Shown here piece by piece: positions 1 to 9,543 of a stretch of DNA of 64,000 bases. The notes beneath the pieces are model-generated. The model was not told the DNA's origin. It made no database searches and was given only the letters and a program-made list of their open reading frames with translations. This DNA is from Nitrosopumilus sp. (GTDB taxonomy: Archaea > Thermoproteota > Nitrososphaeria > Nitrososphaerales > Nitrosopumilaceae): positions 1,504,001 to 1,568,000 of the forward strand of contig OZ242186.1 in assembly GCA_965205675.1 (NCBI GenBank), in the 5' to 3' direction. Both the position numbers and the translations under genes were made by a program. Within the stretch, counting starts at the first letter, position 1. Each line of letters starts with the position of its first letter.

Positions 1-44
1 ACTCCTATGTAAGAACATGTTCTGATGGTAGCGCTATTGTAAGC

Positions 45-281
45 TTGATTGTGATTAGAGATGTTGATATTTCTTTTGATATTATTACAACTGCAGAAAG
101 GTATGCAAAAGAAAAAGATTCTTTCACAGTACATGTTAATACTCTTGAAAAAGTATCTAATGAAATTGATTTAGAACTATCTGAGTGGATTATCCATATT
201 GTAATTGGTAAAATTTTAATGATAGGTGTGGTTATGTTTATGTTCCTGAGAAGATCTAAATCTAATTTGGAAGAAGAATAG
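45..281 (+). CDS. Hypothetical protein with C-terminal membrane anchor; probably the 3' end of a gene starting before the window
   Basis: ORF track; hydrophobic segment followed by basic residues (RRSK). Confidence 0.45.
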   Translation: MIVIRDVDISFDIITTAERYAKEKDSFTVHVNTLEKVSNEIDLELSEWIIHIVIGKILMIGVVMFMFLRRSKSNLEEE

Positions 282-298
282 GAAAAAAGAGAAGAACT

Positions 299-508
299 CT
301 AGTTTTTTCTTATTTTTCTTTTATCTCTACAAATACCACAAAGATATTTTTTTGTAAATTCATTTAATTCTTTTTTAAATTCATTTGTTTGGAAATATTT
401 TTCTCCTGTTTTTAATCCTCCTGGCACAGATTTCCCACATATGATGCAATGAATTTCCAGATTAAATTTTATAACTTTTTCATTTTTTGATATTTTTCCT
501 ATTATCAT
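299..508 (-). CDS. Small hypothetical zinc-finger-like protein
   Basis: CIIC ... CGIC pairs, 69 aa. Confidence 0.65.
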   Translation of the reverse strand: MIIGKISKNEKVIKFNLEIHCIICGKSVPGGLKTGEKYFQTNEFKKELNEFTKKYLCGICRDKRKIRKN

Positions 509-594
509 GAGGGCTTATTTTCTTTCATTTTGACATAAACAATAGTGTTTTCCTAAATCTCATGGATATTATATTGAAAAATTGACTTCAGTAC

Positions 595-1527
595 ATGTTT
601 GCAGTGTGGTTTAGGGTAATTCGCATACGTTTTCTATTAGCATCTGTTATTGCTGTATCCGTAGGACTGTCTCTGAATTGGTGGCAGCACTCTTCAATAG
701 ATTTGATGGATGCACTTCTTACTTTTGGAGGTGTTATGGCACTTCATACTAGTGTTGATTTATTAAATGATTTTTGGGATTTTAAACGCGGTATTGACAC
801 TGCAACAAAAAGAACAAAAATGAGTGGCGGTACTGGCGTACTGCCTGAAGGCTTGCTTACACCCTCTTCTGTTTATCGTGCTGGTATTGCATTTTTAATA
901 ATTGGATCTATGATTGGCAGTTACTTTGTTATTACTGATGGCATCACCATTGCCATAATTCTCGGGTTTGCAATCTTATCTATTTATTTTTACTCTACTA
1001 AAATCATTGACTCTGGTTTGGGGGAATTTTTTGTGGCTGTAAAAGGTGCAATGATTGTCATTGGAACTTTTTTTATTCAATCTGGGCAAATTTCTGTAGA
1101 ATCTATCCTTGCCGGAATTTCTGTAGGATCTCTTTCTGCACTAGTATTGTTTATTGCATCTTTTCCTGATCATGATGCAGACAAGTCCAAAGGCAGAAAA
1201 ACTTTGGTGATTGTAGTAGGAAAACAAAAAGCTGCGAAGTTATTTTGGGTTTTTCCTTTAGTTTCTTATTTGGCAATAATCATTGGTGTTGCTACCACCC
1301 TTTTTCCAGTATTTTCTTTGATCAGCTTATTTAGCATCCCACTCATGATAAAATCGGGATTTGGATTACAGAAAAATTACAATTTTGTAAACGATCTTGT
1401 CCCATACATGTCTACAACTTTGATGTTTAGCAGAGTTACTGGAGCGTTGTTTGTGATTGGATTTTTAATTTCTGTCATGTGTAATCAGTTTTTCGATAGC
1501 TTCTTGTTACTGGAGCGTTGTTTGTGA
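595..1527 (+). CDS. menA: UbiA-family prenyltransferase, MenA/UBIAD1-like; C-terminus altered by an insertion
   Basis: NDFWDFKRGID and DHDADKSKGRKTL aspartate-rich motifs, multiple TM helices. Confidence 0.75.
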   Translation: MFAVWFRVIRIRFLLASVIAVSVGLSLNWWQHSSIDLMDALLTFGGVMALHTSVDLLNDFWDFKRGIDTATKRTKMSGGTGVLPEGLLTPSSVYRAGIAFLIIGSMIGSYFVITDGITIAIILGFAILSIYFYSTKIIDSGLGEFFVAVKGAMIVIGTFFIQSGQISVESILAGISVGSLSALVLFIASFPDHDADKSKGRKTLVIVVGKQKAAKLFWVFPLVSYLAIIIGVATTLFPVFSLISLFSIPLMIKSGFGLQKNYNFVNDLVPYMSTTLMFSRVTGALFVIGFLISVMCNQFFDSFLLLERCL

Positions 1528-1541
1528 TTGGATTTTTAATT
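1435..1541 (+). repeat. Exact 36-bp direct repeat flanking a unique 35-bp insert (single repeat-spacer-repeat unit)
   Basis: gttactggagcgttgtttgtgattggatttttaatt at 1435-1470 and 1506-1541; insert tctgtcatgtgtaatcagtttttcgatagcttctt at 1471-1505. Confidence 0.95.
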
Positions 1542-1588
1542 GGAATGTAACACTTTAACATAAATTTAGCAAATTATTTAGAAATTAT

Positions 1589-2689
1589 ATGATTTCCGGT
1601 CATGCAACTTCTGAAGGTACTCAAAAATTTGTTCAGAATTCAGGCGTGGAAAAATCCAATTTTACAAAATTTGAAAATTTATCCCTATCAAATGTTGGTA
1701 TGGGCACCTATCTTGGAGACTCTGATGCCAAAACTGATGAATTGGTGACTAGTGCAGTAAAACAAACAATTCTGTCTGGAATCAATGTTATTGATACTGC
1801 AATTAATTATAGATCTCAAAAAGCTGAGCGTTCTGTAGGAAAATCTATTTCTGAACTAATCTCTGATAATATAATTTCACGTGAACAAATATTTCTTAGT
1901 TCTAAAAATGGATATGTGACAAATGATGCAGATGTCAAACTTGGTTTTTGGGAATATGTAAAAGAAGAATACTCACAAAAAGGCGTGGTGAAAGAAGGAG
2001 ACATCACATCTAGTTATCATTGCATGACTCCCAAATATCTTTCTGATCAATTAGACCGAAGCTTAAAAAATTTGAATATCGAGTGTCTTGATTTAATGTA
2101 CCTTCACAATGCAGTTGAAGGGCAAATTAAAGATGTTTCTAAAGAAAAATTTTTAGAAAATTTACAATCAGTATTTGAGTTATATGAACAAAAACGAGAT
2201 GAAGGAAAAATTAAATTTTACGGGATGGCCACTTGGGACTGTTTTAGAGTTACGTCTGATAATCCCCAATATCTTTCTCTTGAAGAAGTTGTTACGATGG
2301 CAAAAAAAATTGGTAGTGACAACCATGGTTTTCGTTTTATTCAATTACCCTTTAACATGCATTATGATCAAGCATTACTTGCAAAAAACCAATCATATGG
2401 AACTGAAAATATTTCAATCTTAGAATCTGCTGTACGATTGAATATTGGTGTGTTTACTAGTGTTCCTTTCATGCAAGGTAAATTATTAACTCCTGGCATA
2501 ATGCCAGAGTTTAATGATCTGAAACCTTCTTTACGGGCGTTACAATTCATACGCTCATCTCCGGGTGTTTTGGCTCCTCTTGTAGGACAAAAATCATTAG
2601 AGCATGTATCTGAAAATCTTGAAATTATGAAAATTCCTCAAATTCCTACTGATGAATTTCTCACATTGGTTAAAAAATTAACTTTATAA
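1589..2689 (+). CDS. Aldo/keto reductase
   Basis: GMGTY, IDTAINY, SKNG, DLMYLHN motifs. Confidence 0.9.
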   Translation: MISGHATSEGTQKFVQNSGVEKSNFTKFENLSLSNVGMGTYLGDSDAKTDELVTSAVKQTILSGINVIDTAINYRSQKAERSVGKSISELISDNIISREQIFLSSKNGYVTNDADVKLGFWEYVKEEYSQKGVVKEGDITSSYHCMTPKYLSDQLDRSLKNLNIECLDLMYLHNAVEGQIKDVSKEKFLENLQSVFELYEQKRDEGKIKFYGMATWDCFRVTSDNPQYLSLEEVVTMAKKIGSDNHGFRFIQLPFNMHYDQALLAKNQSYGTENISILESAVRLNIGVFTSVPFMQGKLLTPGIMPEFNDLKPSLRALQFIRSSPGVLAPLVGQKSLEHVSENLEIMKIPQIPTDEFLTLVKKLTL

Positions 2690-2743
2690 TTTTATTTTTT
2701 AGCCTCAATAAATTATAAAAAGATAATAAACAAGTGACAATTA

Positions 2744-3121
2744 GTGTTTAGTAATTTGACTGCTGAAATATATGATTATACAAAAATATGTAATTCTGTT
2801 TTTGATATTGATCCTAAAATTAGATTTGCAGGTGTAATTAATGAACGAGGACGTTTGGTTGCAGGAGGGATGAAACAAAATGTGGAGCCATTAGAAAATC
2901 AAAAAGATGATGAGATGATTTTCATGGAACTTGCATTGCGTGTGAAAATGAGAAAAGAATTTGACAAACAATTAGGGCCCGTGAATTTTGCAATGGCTTC
3001 GCGTGAACGAGCTTTAGCAATTAGTGTAATAATCAATGATGATATTTTGTATGTCGTATCTGAACCTGACACTAATTATGCTACACTGCCTCAAAAAATT
3101 ATTGAAATAATTCATTCCTAA
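2744..3121 (+). CDS. Roadblock/profilin-like thaumarchaeal protein (DUF6659-like)
   Basis: IRFAGVINERGRLVAGG motif; paralog at 52343. Confidence 0.7.
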   Translation: MFSNLTAEIYDYTKICNSVFDIDPKIRFAGVINERGRLVAGGMKQNVEPLENQKDDEMIFMELALRVKMRKEFDKQLGPVNFAMASRERALAISVIINDDILYVVSEPDTNYATLPQKIIEIIHS

Positions 3122-3362
3122 TTTGATGAATTTCTACATATGAGATTTCATGATCTTCTTAATTAATAATAATTTTTTCATATCTTTAGATAAAAAAATT
3201 CAATTTTAATTTTTTACTATTTCTCAATTAACTAAAAAAAATTATCATTATTGTACAAAATACATTAAATCAGAGTATGAGAATCTATCTTTATCAGATA
3301 TTGAACATGTTTTAAAAATCATTTCTAATGTAACAATAGAATCAAACTCAGAAAGATGTCAT

Positions 3363-3617
3363 ATGAAATTTTGTAATAATAGCCATAATCAGGTCTATAA
3401 AATCAAACGCAATCCTGTATCTTTTGATGGTTATGTTAATGGAAGACTAGTTTGTGAGAAATGTTTTGGCAGACAAAAATTTTTTGGAGATATTGGAGAA
3501 ATTGAATCCATTACGTCTTTAAAAAATTATGAACATGTTGGATCAGACCTTGATCATCTTTTTATAATGACTGGGACTAGTGCAAAAAAACTCAAAAATG
3601 TTCTTTTGATTAATTAA
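3363..3617 (+). CDS. Hypothetical protein, possibly zinc-binding
   Basis: ORF with LVCEKC; resembles ORF 49631-49819. Confidence 0.55.
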   Translation: MKFCNNSHNQVYKIKRNPVSFDGYVNGRLVCEKCFGRQKFFGDIGEIESITSLKNYEHVGSDLDHLFIMTGTSAKKLKNVLLIN

Positions 3618-3669
3618 CATTGAATTGTATTAGATGAAACTATAAATTAAATTTGAATGTGGGTTATTT

Positions 3670-3816
3670 GTGCCAGTAGATCCTGTGTGTGGAATTGAAT
3701 TAGATGAAGATTTAGCATTACTTCATGATCATGATGGGAAAAAAGTGTATTTTTGTTGTTCAGGATGTAGAAGAATTTTTCTTAAAAAACCTAGAAAATA
3801 TAAAAAAAATATTTAG
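3670..3816 (+). CDS. YHS/TRASH-domain metal-binding microprotein (48 aa, not in ORF track)
   Basis: Hand translation from GTG: MPVDPVCGIELDEDLALLHDHDGKKVYFCCSGCRRIFLKKPRKYKKNI; DPVCG and YFCCxxC motifs. Confidence 0.85.
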   Translation: MPVDPVCGIELDEDLALLHDHDGKKVYFCCSGCRRIFLKKPRKYKKNI

Positions 3817-4757
3817 ATTGGGAATGCCCCACACATTCTACAAAATTTTGAATCCTTAACACCATATTTGCAATATGGGCATGTTTTATCTAAATTAGAT
3901 TTTATCGGCATACCAAATAATTTTTTAAAAATTTCATAGTAATACATTGATTCCCTGCTTTTAATTATCACTCCATCTGTTTTTTCAACTGTTAATTTTT
4001 TCTCTACAAATTGCTCTTCACTTATTATTGAATCAAACAAATCTGGCAATCCTACGGTTCCTGCCCCCTCTTGCATTGGTGATTTTTCTCTCCATGCAAT
4101 CTGTGGCGGCATATTTTTTTCAAACATCTTACGTAAAATCCACTTTCCATGTCTTTTTCCATCTTCTTCTTTAATCTTCAAATTAACTGGAATGCCTTTC
4201 GCTATTTCTATGACTTTGTCATTTAAAAAAGGGGATTCTATGTTAATTCCTAATGCTTTTCCAATTTTTTGTGTTGGAAAGTGCATTATTGTACACAATC
4301 TTTCAATTTCTTTTTTTAATTCTTCTTCTGATCTATTTCTAAGAAAACTATACCCTCCAAATAACTCATCTGCACCATCTCCTGTAATGATTGATTTTTC
4401 TCCTTTTTCTTTGGCCCATTTAATTGACAAGTACATCACAACATTGTTACGAATTTCAATATCATTAAAATTTTTTAAAATCTTAATTGTTTCTTCTATC
4501 GCTTCAAGAATTTGTTTTGTTTTAACATTTAAAATTGTTAATGGTAACGCTGTTTCTTTTGCAATCATTTGACAATATGTTAAATCTGTTGACACAAAAT
4601 CCTCTGAAATCACTGTTACTGCTTCTAGTTTTCTTGATTTTAAAAAATTTGCAATAATAGAACTATCCAATCCCCCAGATAATGAAAGTACATTTGATGT
4701 GCATTTATTACAAGATTCTTCTAGACACTGGTAAAGATTTTGAGAAAATTTCTCCAA
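3813..4757 (-). CDS. Asparagine synthase C-terminal-domain protein with C-terminal zinc ribbon
   Basis: LSGGLDSS PP-loop, TGDGADELFGGY, CPYC...CRMC; no glutaminase domain. Confidence 0.85.
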   Translation of the reverse strand: MEKFSQNLYQCLEESCNKCTSNVLSLSGGLDSSIIANFLKSRKLEAVTVISEDFVSTDLTYCQMIAKETALPLTILNVKTKQILEAIEETIKILKNFNDIEIRNNVVMYLSIKWAKEKGEKSIITGDGADELFGGYSFLRNRSEEELKKEIERLCTIMHFPTQKIGKALGINIESPFLNDKVIEIAKGIPVNLKIKEEDGKRHGKWILRKMFEKNMPPQIAWREKSPMQEGAGTVGLPDLFDSIISEEQFVEKKLTVEKTDGVIIKSRESMYYYEIFKKLFGMPIKSNLDKTCPYCKYGVKDSKFCRMCGAFPI

Positions 4758-4865
4758 CGTCCATGATAATATTTTGAAATTAAAATAGCTATGCCTAACA
4801 ACATTGTTAATTATTCTGGTTTTTTATTGCAAACTTTAAATTCTTTATACAGTTCTTGAGAAATA

Positions 4866-5282
4866 ATGCTACTTCCTGCTGAAATAGAATCTAAAACTTT
4901 GATTCCGGCATTACGAGCTATTCTTGCAAAAAAACTTGCAGAAGATCACAATATCAGAGAGGATGAAATATCTAAAATGTTGGGAGTTACTCAAGCTGCA
5001 ATTAGTAACTACATTCGTGGCACTCGTGGTGATCCTTCTTTGATTGCAAAACTCTTGGCAGAAAAACAAGTTGCCACAATGATTGACGAGTTAAGTGATA
5101 ATCTTTCATCAGATATGGCGTATACACCATCTAGTCTTTCAAAATTTATTGGTCTTTGCAATTATATTAAATCAAGTTTGTTAATATGTGAGATACATCA
5201 CAATTTAGAATCAAATATTGATGAACAAGTATGCAAAGAATGTGAAAATATGCTTCTAAAAGGACCTGGAAGCGTTTACTAG
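4866..5282 (+). CDS. HTH transcriptional regulator (archaeal predicted-regulator family)
   Basis: ISKMLGVTQAAISNYIRGTRG helix-turn-helix; C-terminal C/H/C/C. Confidence 0.85.
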   Translation: MLLPAEIESKTLIPALRAILAKKLAEDHNIREDEISKMLGVTQAAISNYIRGTRGDPSLIAKLLAEKQVATMIDELSDNLSSDMAYTPSSLSKFIGLCNYIKSSLLICEIHHNLESNIDEQVCKECENMLLKGPGSVY

Positions 5283-5593
5283 TTTTTGATTAAAATAATT
5301 TCAACTGTTGATGTCATGTTGCCAATTCCTGCAGCATCAACTGTATCTAAATTAATTTTTTCAATGTGAGAATTCCCTTTAAGCATTTTTTCTGTAATGA
5401 TATTTGCTACTGCCACTGCATTAGGAATAGAGTTCCCTTTTGATCTTAAAATTATTTTCTTTTTCTTTCCTAAGATTGCCAATACTTCAAGAGCTGACTC
5501 CATTGCAGGATAGTTTCCAATTTGTATTATGACTTCTTCAGACTCTTCGATCTGTTCTTGACCATGTAGTTCAGTTGTCTCTTCCATGAGCAT
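5279..5593 (-). CDS. albA: Alba-family DNA/RNA-binding protein
   Basis: IILRSKGNSIPNAVAVA and TSTVEIIL Alba motifs. Confidence 0.75.
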   Translation of the reverse strand: MLMEETTELHGQEQIEESEEVIIQIGNYPAMESALEVLAILGKKKKIILRSKGNSIPNAVAVANIITEKMLKGNSHIEKINLDTVDAAGIGNMTSTVEIILIKN

Positions 5594-5644
5594 TATTCAA
5601 TATTTAGGAATTTTATGTTCTTTTAAGTTTTATCGACCATTGAT

Positions 5645-6136
5645 TCATTTTTCAAAATAGTCAATTGGTATGTTTTGGTAATCTCCATTTGGAAGCACTC
5701 TTCTAATTGTGATTGGGATGACTCTTTGTTCTAACTCTTCCATTGAAATATCTAGTGAGATTCTTGCAGATTTTGGAATTGGGATAAATGGCGGTGCACC
5801 TAATGATAATTGTAGTGCTCTTGCCCCCATGATTCTTGCCTTTTCAAATCTTGTCAGTGTTGGCGGTCCAATTGTGATTTTATTTTTTTCACAAGGAATC
5901 TCTACAATATCATGGTCTTCAATTTTTTCGACAACTTCTCTTTCTTCAATCTCTTTGATTCTTTTCTCAAGATTATCTTGTTCTTTTTCAGATAATGGTT
6001 CTACAAGATCTTTTCTATCGATTAGTTTTCGATAAGTATCTAGTGCTTTGTTCAGTCCTGCATTTTCTTCAACTTCGGACTCTGCTTCTTCAGGTTGTGG
6101 AGTTTCAATTAATTCAGATTTAGCAGCATCAGGCAA
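5645..6136 (-). CDS. rpoK: DNA-directed RNA polymerase subunit K (Rpo6) with acidic N-terminal extension
   Basis: LTRFEKARIMGARALQLSLGAP, IPITIRRVLPNG; start placed at TTG 6136 to avoid overlap with the divergent gene. Confidence 0.92.
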   Translation of the reverse strand: MPDAAKSELIETPQPEEAESEVEENAGLNKALDTYRKLIDRKDLVEPLSEKEQDNLEKRIKEIEEREVVEKIEDHDIVEIPCEKNKITIGPPTLTRFEKARIMGARALQLSLGAPPFIPIPKSARISLDISMEELEQRVIPITIRRVLPNGDYQNIPIDYFEK

Positions 6137-6188
6137 GTAAGAAATTTTTCTTGAAACGTTATATAATCTAATCATTTTAAAATATGAA

Positions 6189-6575
6189 TTGAATACTTTA
6201 TCAGTCTCCAGAAAACAAGTAATTTTAGAAATCCGAGGGAAGGCGAAACTTTCTTGTGATCTAAAACGACATTTGTCTCCTCTAACTGTAGGCACTATAA
6301 TGAGATCTTTGCCATTAGAAGGTCATGCTCATTTGTTGGAAAAAAGTATTTTGTATTTTGAATCTAGCGCATATTCTGGAATTGAAAGATCTAGAACAGA
6401 ATTTAAAAAAGGGGATGTTGCATTTTTGCCTTCTACTGGAAGTTTGTGTTTTTTTCTAATTGATACAGTATTTGCAAAAGCTATGACACCTATCGGAAAA
6501 CTTGTCGGGGATATTGATGTGTTAAAGAATGTCAAGTCCGGTGATGTGCTTTGTGTCTATGAAGATACTGCTTGA
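6189..6575 (+). CDS. Cyclophilin-like fold protein
   Basis: SPLTV, LPLEG, KKGDVAFLPSTGSLCFF. Confidence 0.8.
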   Translation: MNTLSVSRKQVILEIRGKAKLSCDLKRHLSPLTVGTIMRSLPLEGHAHLLEKSILYFESSAYSGIERSRTEFKKGDVAFLPSTGSLCFFLIDTVFAKAMTPIGKLVGDIDVLKNVKSGDVLCVYEDTA

Positions 6576-6865
6576 TATAAATAATGACCTGAATAACCGC
6601 CTACTTTTTTGATCATTCCATTACTTGTGGATTTTTTTAGAAATGCATTTGCTGCAGAAATCTTAACTCCTGTTTGTCTTGCAAGATCTTGAACTGTGAT
6701 TATTTTGGAATTTTGAATAATTTTCAAAGCTTGTTGTTCATTAACCATTACTGTAATTTCAGCTTTTTTTGATCCTCCTTCCCCTTTGTCCTTCTTTTTC
6801 TTTGTATCTTTGGAACCTGTGGATTTGTCTTTATTTGCAGTTGTTGGTTTCTTTGCGCCACCCAT
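6557..6865 (-). CDS. rps25e: 30S ribosomal protein S25e
   Basis: Lys-rich N-terminus; ITVQDLARQTGVKISAANAFLK winged helix; HYLY C-terminus. Confidence 0.85.
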   Translation of the reverse strand: MGGAKKPTTANKDKSTGSKDTKKKKDKGEGGSKKAEITVMVNEQQALKIIQNSKIITVQDLARQTGVKISAANAFLKKSTSNGMIKKVGGYSGHYLYQAVSS

Positions 6866-6980
6866 GATTTTTAAAAAAAATATTCCTCTTATAAACGATA
6901 GAAACTATAAAAATCATTTACGATGATTTTAAACTCAAAATTATTTTCAAATATAAATAACATCTCGATTACTATTCTAT

Positions 6981-7193
6981 ATGGGAATAGTGGCAAAAGG
7001 TGCAAAATGTAACTTTGAAGGTTGTGATCAAGATGGTGCTCGTTCTCTCAACACTAGTAAAGTTGAAAATGCCGGTCTTCGCGTAAATTCACCTGGAAAA
7101 AAAACGGTTCTTTGTAAAGAACACTATAAGGAATACAAAAAAGAATCTAAAGATGATCGTGATTTAGAACGTGCTAGATTTGACAAATTTTAG
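6981..7193 (+). CDS. Small hypothetical protein, putative zinc finger
   Basis: CNFEGC ... LCKEH. Confidence 0.75.
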   Translation: MGIVAKGAKCNFEGCDQDGARSLNTSKVENAGLRVNSPGKKTVLCKEHYKEYKKESKDDRDLERARFDKF

Positions 7194-7201
7194 TTTTTCT
7201 T

Positions 7202-8269
7202 TTATGGTTTTGTACTCTTAAAATAATCATCACTTAGGTTTTGGTATAATTGATCTAATTTTTTGTACAGTCTTTTTGGTTCTTTATTTTTTTGATTACT
7301 CAGAACATATAATGCAAGAATTGGAAATGCTATTGTCGCATCTGCATACACTGTGACCATTCCATTATGGGGGTCCTGTACTTTTCCCCAACTTTTTCCT
7401 TCTTGTAATGTGGCACCGGATAATCCTCCTGTGTCGGGTCTTGCATCTGTAATCTGAATGATATAGTCTTGTCCTCCGTCTTCTCGTTTTAAAATTTGAT
7501 CCAATAACGGACCTGTTTGTTGAGCGGTGTTTTTTGGTACTCCTCCCCCCAATTCTAAAATCCCTGATTTTTTAGAATCATAAAGAATTGCTGCTTGTTC
7601 TATGATTTCTCTTACAAAATCTAAACTGTATGTTTTGTCTTGGAGTCTATGAACTGCTAAATTTAATGCCAATGAAGAATCTTTTATTGTTGAAATATAC
7701 ACAGGAACATCATATTCGTATGCTGATGTAATGAAACTTTTTTCAGGGTATTTGGCTTTTTCTTTACTTAATTTCCCCATTAAATTACAAAATTCTGCAG
7801 TTGTGAATGGTTTATTTAATAATTTATCTCCAAACATTTTTTGGACTATTTGATCTTGAGCTTCTAATGTCTCGTTAAATTTGATATACACATCTCTAAT
7901 TCTAACAATTTCGTTTTGATATAATTTCATATCATCTACATTAAAACTTCCTTGTTTTACTGGCAAGCCCCATGCAAAATGATCTTCATGGTATACATTT
8001 GCCCCTGTTGTAACAATCCAATCTACAAATCCTCGTTCAATCAAGGTTTTGATAATTCCTCCAAATCCCACTGGCGTCATTGCTCCTGAAACCGTCAGAC
8101 AAATTGTTGCATCTTCTTCGATCATTTTTGCATATAATTTTGCTGCATCTCCCAACTGCCGTCCATTATATCCAGAACTTGCAAAAACATCTACGAGATC
8201 TTCTATTGTCATTTTTGGATCTAATTTTATGTGTGGAATATCTTTACCATGAAATTGATGATAATCCAT
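7202..8269 (-). CDS. Deoxyhypusine synthase / homospermidine-synthesis family protein
   Basis: SGAMTPVG, GGGVPKN, TGGLSGATLQEGKSWGK with catalytic Lys. Confidence 0.9.
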   Translation of the reverse strand: MDYHQFHGKDIPHIKLDPKMTIEDLVDVFASSGYNGRQLGDAAKLYAKMIEEDATICLTVSGAMTPVGFGGIIKTLIERGFVDWIVTTGANVYHEDHFAWGLPVKQGSFNVDDMKLYQNEIVRIRDVYIKFNETLEAQDQIVQKMFGDKLLNKPFTTAEFCNLMGKLSKEKAKYPEKSFITSAYEYDVPVYISTIKDSSLALNLAVHRLQDKTYSLDFVREIIEQAAILYDSKKSGILELGGGVPKNTAQQTGPLLDQILKREDGGQDYIIQITDARPDTGGLSGATLQEGKSWGKVQDPHNGMVTVYADATIAFPILALYVLSNQKNKEPKRLYKKLDQLYQNLSDDYFKSTKP

Positions 8270-8449
8270 ATTTGAAAAACTGATTTTTTAGTAAATAAAG
8301 ATGTTGAAAATAAATGACGAACCGCCACTTTTATTTTTTCTCATTTTTTTCTAGATTCTATTTTGTATAGATCCCAACATCCGTACAATCTTCTGTTAAG
8401 TTCATTAGACCTCTTGCGTAATTAGACATATTTTACCATATAACACATA

Positions 8450-9543
8450 CTTCCTAACATAAGTTCGTCAACCATCCTCTCGTTGCATATACTTGAGAAT
8501 GTCTAAATTGAATCGTCTGGTTCTGTAATATTTGGAGATGTTATTTTTCAGATTACTTAGAGATGGTTGATACTGTGACACCAACAAATTGTATTTTCCT
8601 TGCTTCCATACTTCCTCAACTGCATTGAACTGTGGTGAGCCTTTTGGAAACCAATTCAATAGAACATCATCTGCATTCTCATCAAGATATTTTTGTACTA
8701 GTTTTGATCTGTGTTGTGGTGCTCGGTCTACATAGACTAGAATCTTGCCAAACTTTCTGTGCAATTCCTTTAGATAATCCAAAAAACAGTACTGATCAAA
8801 TTTTTCATATTGTCTGAATAATTGCCTGCCGTCATGAGTCAGTGCACCAAAAATGATTGTTTTTTGATGTGACCCGTTTACTAGAATAATTGGACGGGTT
8901 CCTTTCTTTACCCACATCTTTTTTCTAAATATCGCATCAGCAGTAAAGATGGACTCATCTTGTGCAAGAACTGTAAAGCCTTTTGCTATTTTTGAGGCTA
9001 TTTGTTCTTTGGAGTTTTTTTAAACCAGAGTTTTTCCTCAACACTAGCTGAATTTACAAATCTCTTTGCTGCAACCTTTGGAACAAATCCCCATTTGTGT
9101 AATAATCTGTACACATGAACCTCATGATATTTTACACCTGATTTTTGATAAATCAGATTCATCACTTGCTTTGCACTCCAGCCGGATTGTTTTTCTGCAA
9201 TTTGTAGTTGAATGCTGACTAGTTTCTTTTTTGGTATACTAGTTGGTCTGCCAGTTCTAGGCAAGTCTTGCAGTCCTGCAATTCCATATTCTGCAAATCT
9301 ATCTAACCATTTGTATGCCCATGAACGTACACGTCCAAGATTCTTTGCAACATGTGATGCAATTTGGTTCTCAAGTAATACTCGCTTTATCAAAAATAGC
9401 CTTTCTTTTACCTTGACGTTCTTTTCATCTTTGTATGCTTGAATTAATTTTTGATTATTCATGGTTTGATGTGTAATGTTTTGATCAATATGGCATTTGG
9501 TAAAATAAATCAGATCAACAGATCATAAAATTTTGTTAGAGAG
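8450..9543 (-). mobile_element. IS630-family element, type A copy 1
   Basis: TA duplication at 8448-49 and 9544-45; imperfect TIRs cttcctaacataag / attttgttagagag; HTH ORF plus DDE ORF. Confidence 0.92.
8468..9462 (-). CDS. IS630 transposase in two frames (8998-9462 HTH, 8468-8917 DDE), probably joined by a -1 frameshift
   Basis: GLQDLPRTGRP, QDES, DRAPQH, SPQFNAVEEVW; TTTAAAAAAA slippery run near 9015-9024. Confidence 0.88.

Noticed and set aside
1435-1541. Calling the unit a functional CRISPR array or a casposon
   Set aside because: One spacer only, the repeat is coding sequence, and there is no leader, cas gene, casposase or TIR in the window
6137-6295. Longer 216-aa rpoK from the ORF track
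   Set aside because: Extension overlaps the divergent cyclophilin-like gene and its promoter region
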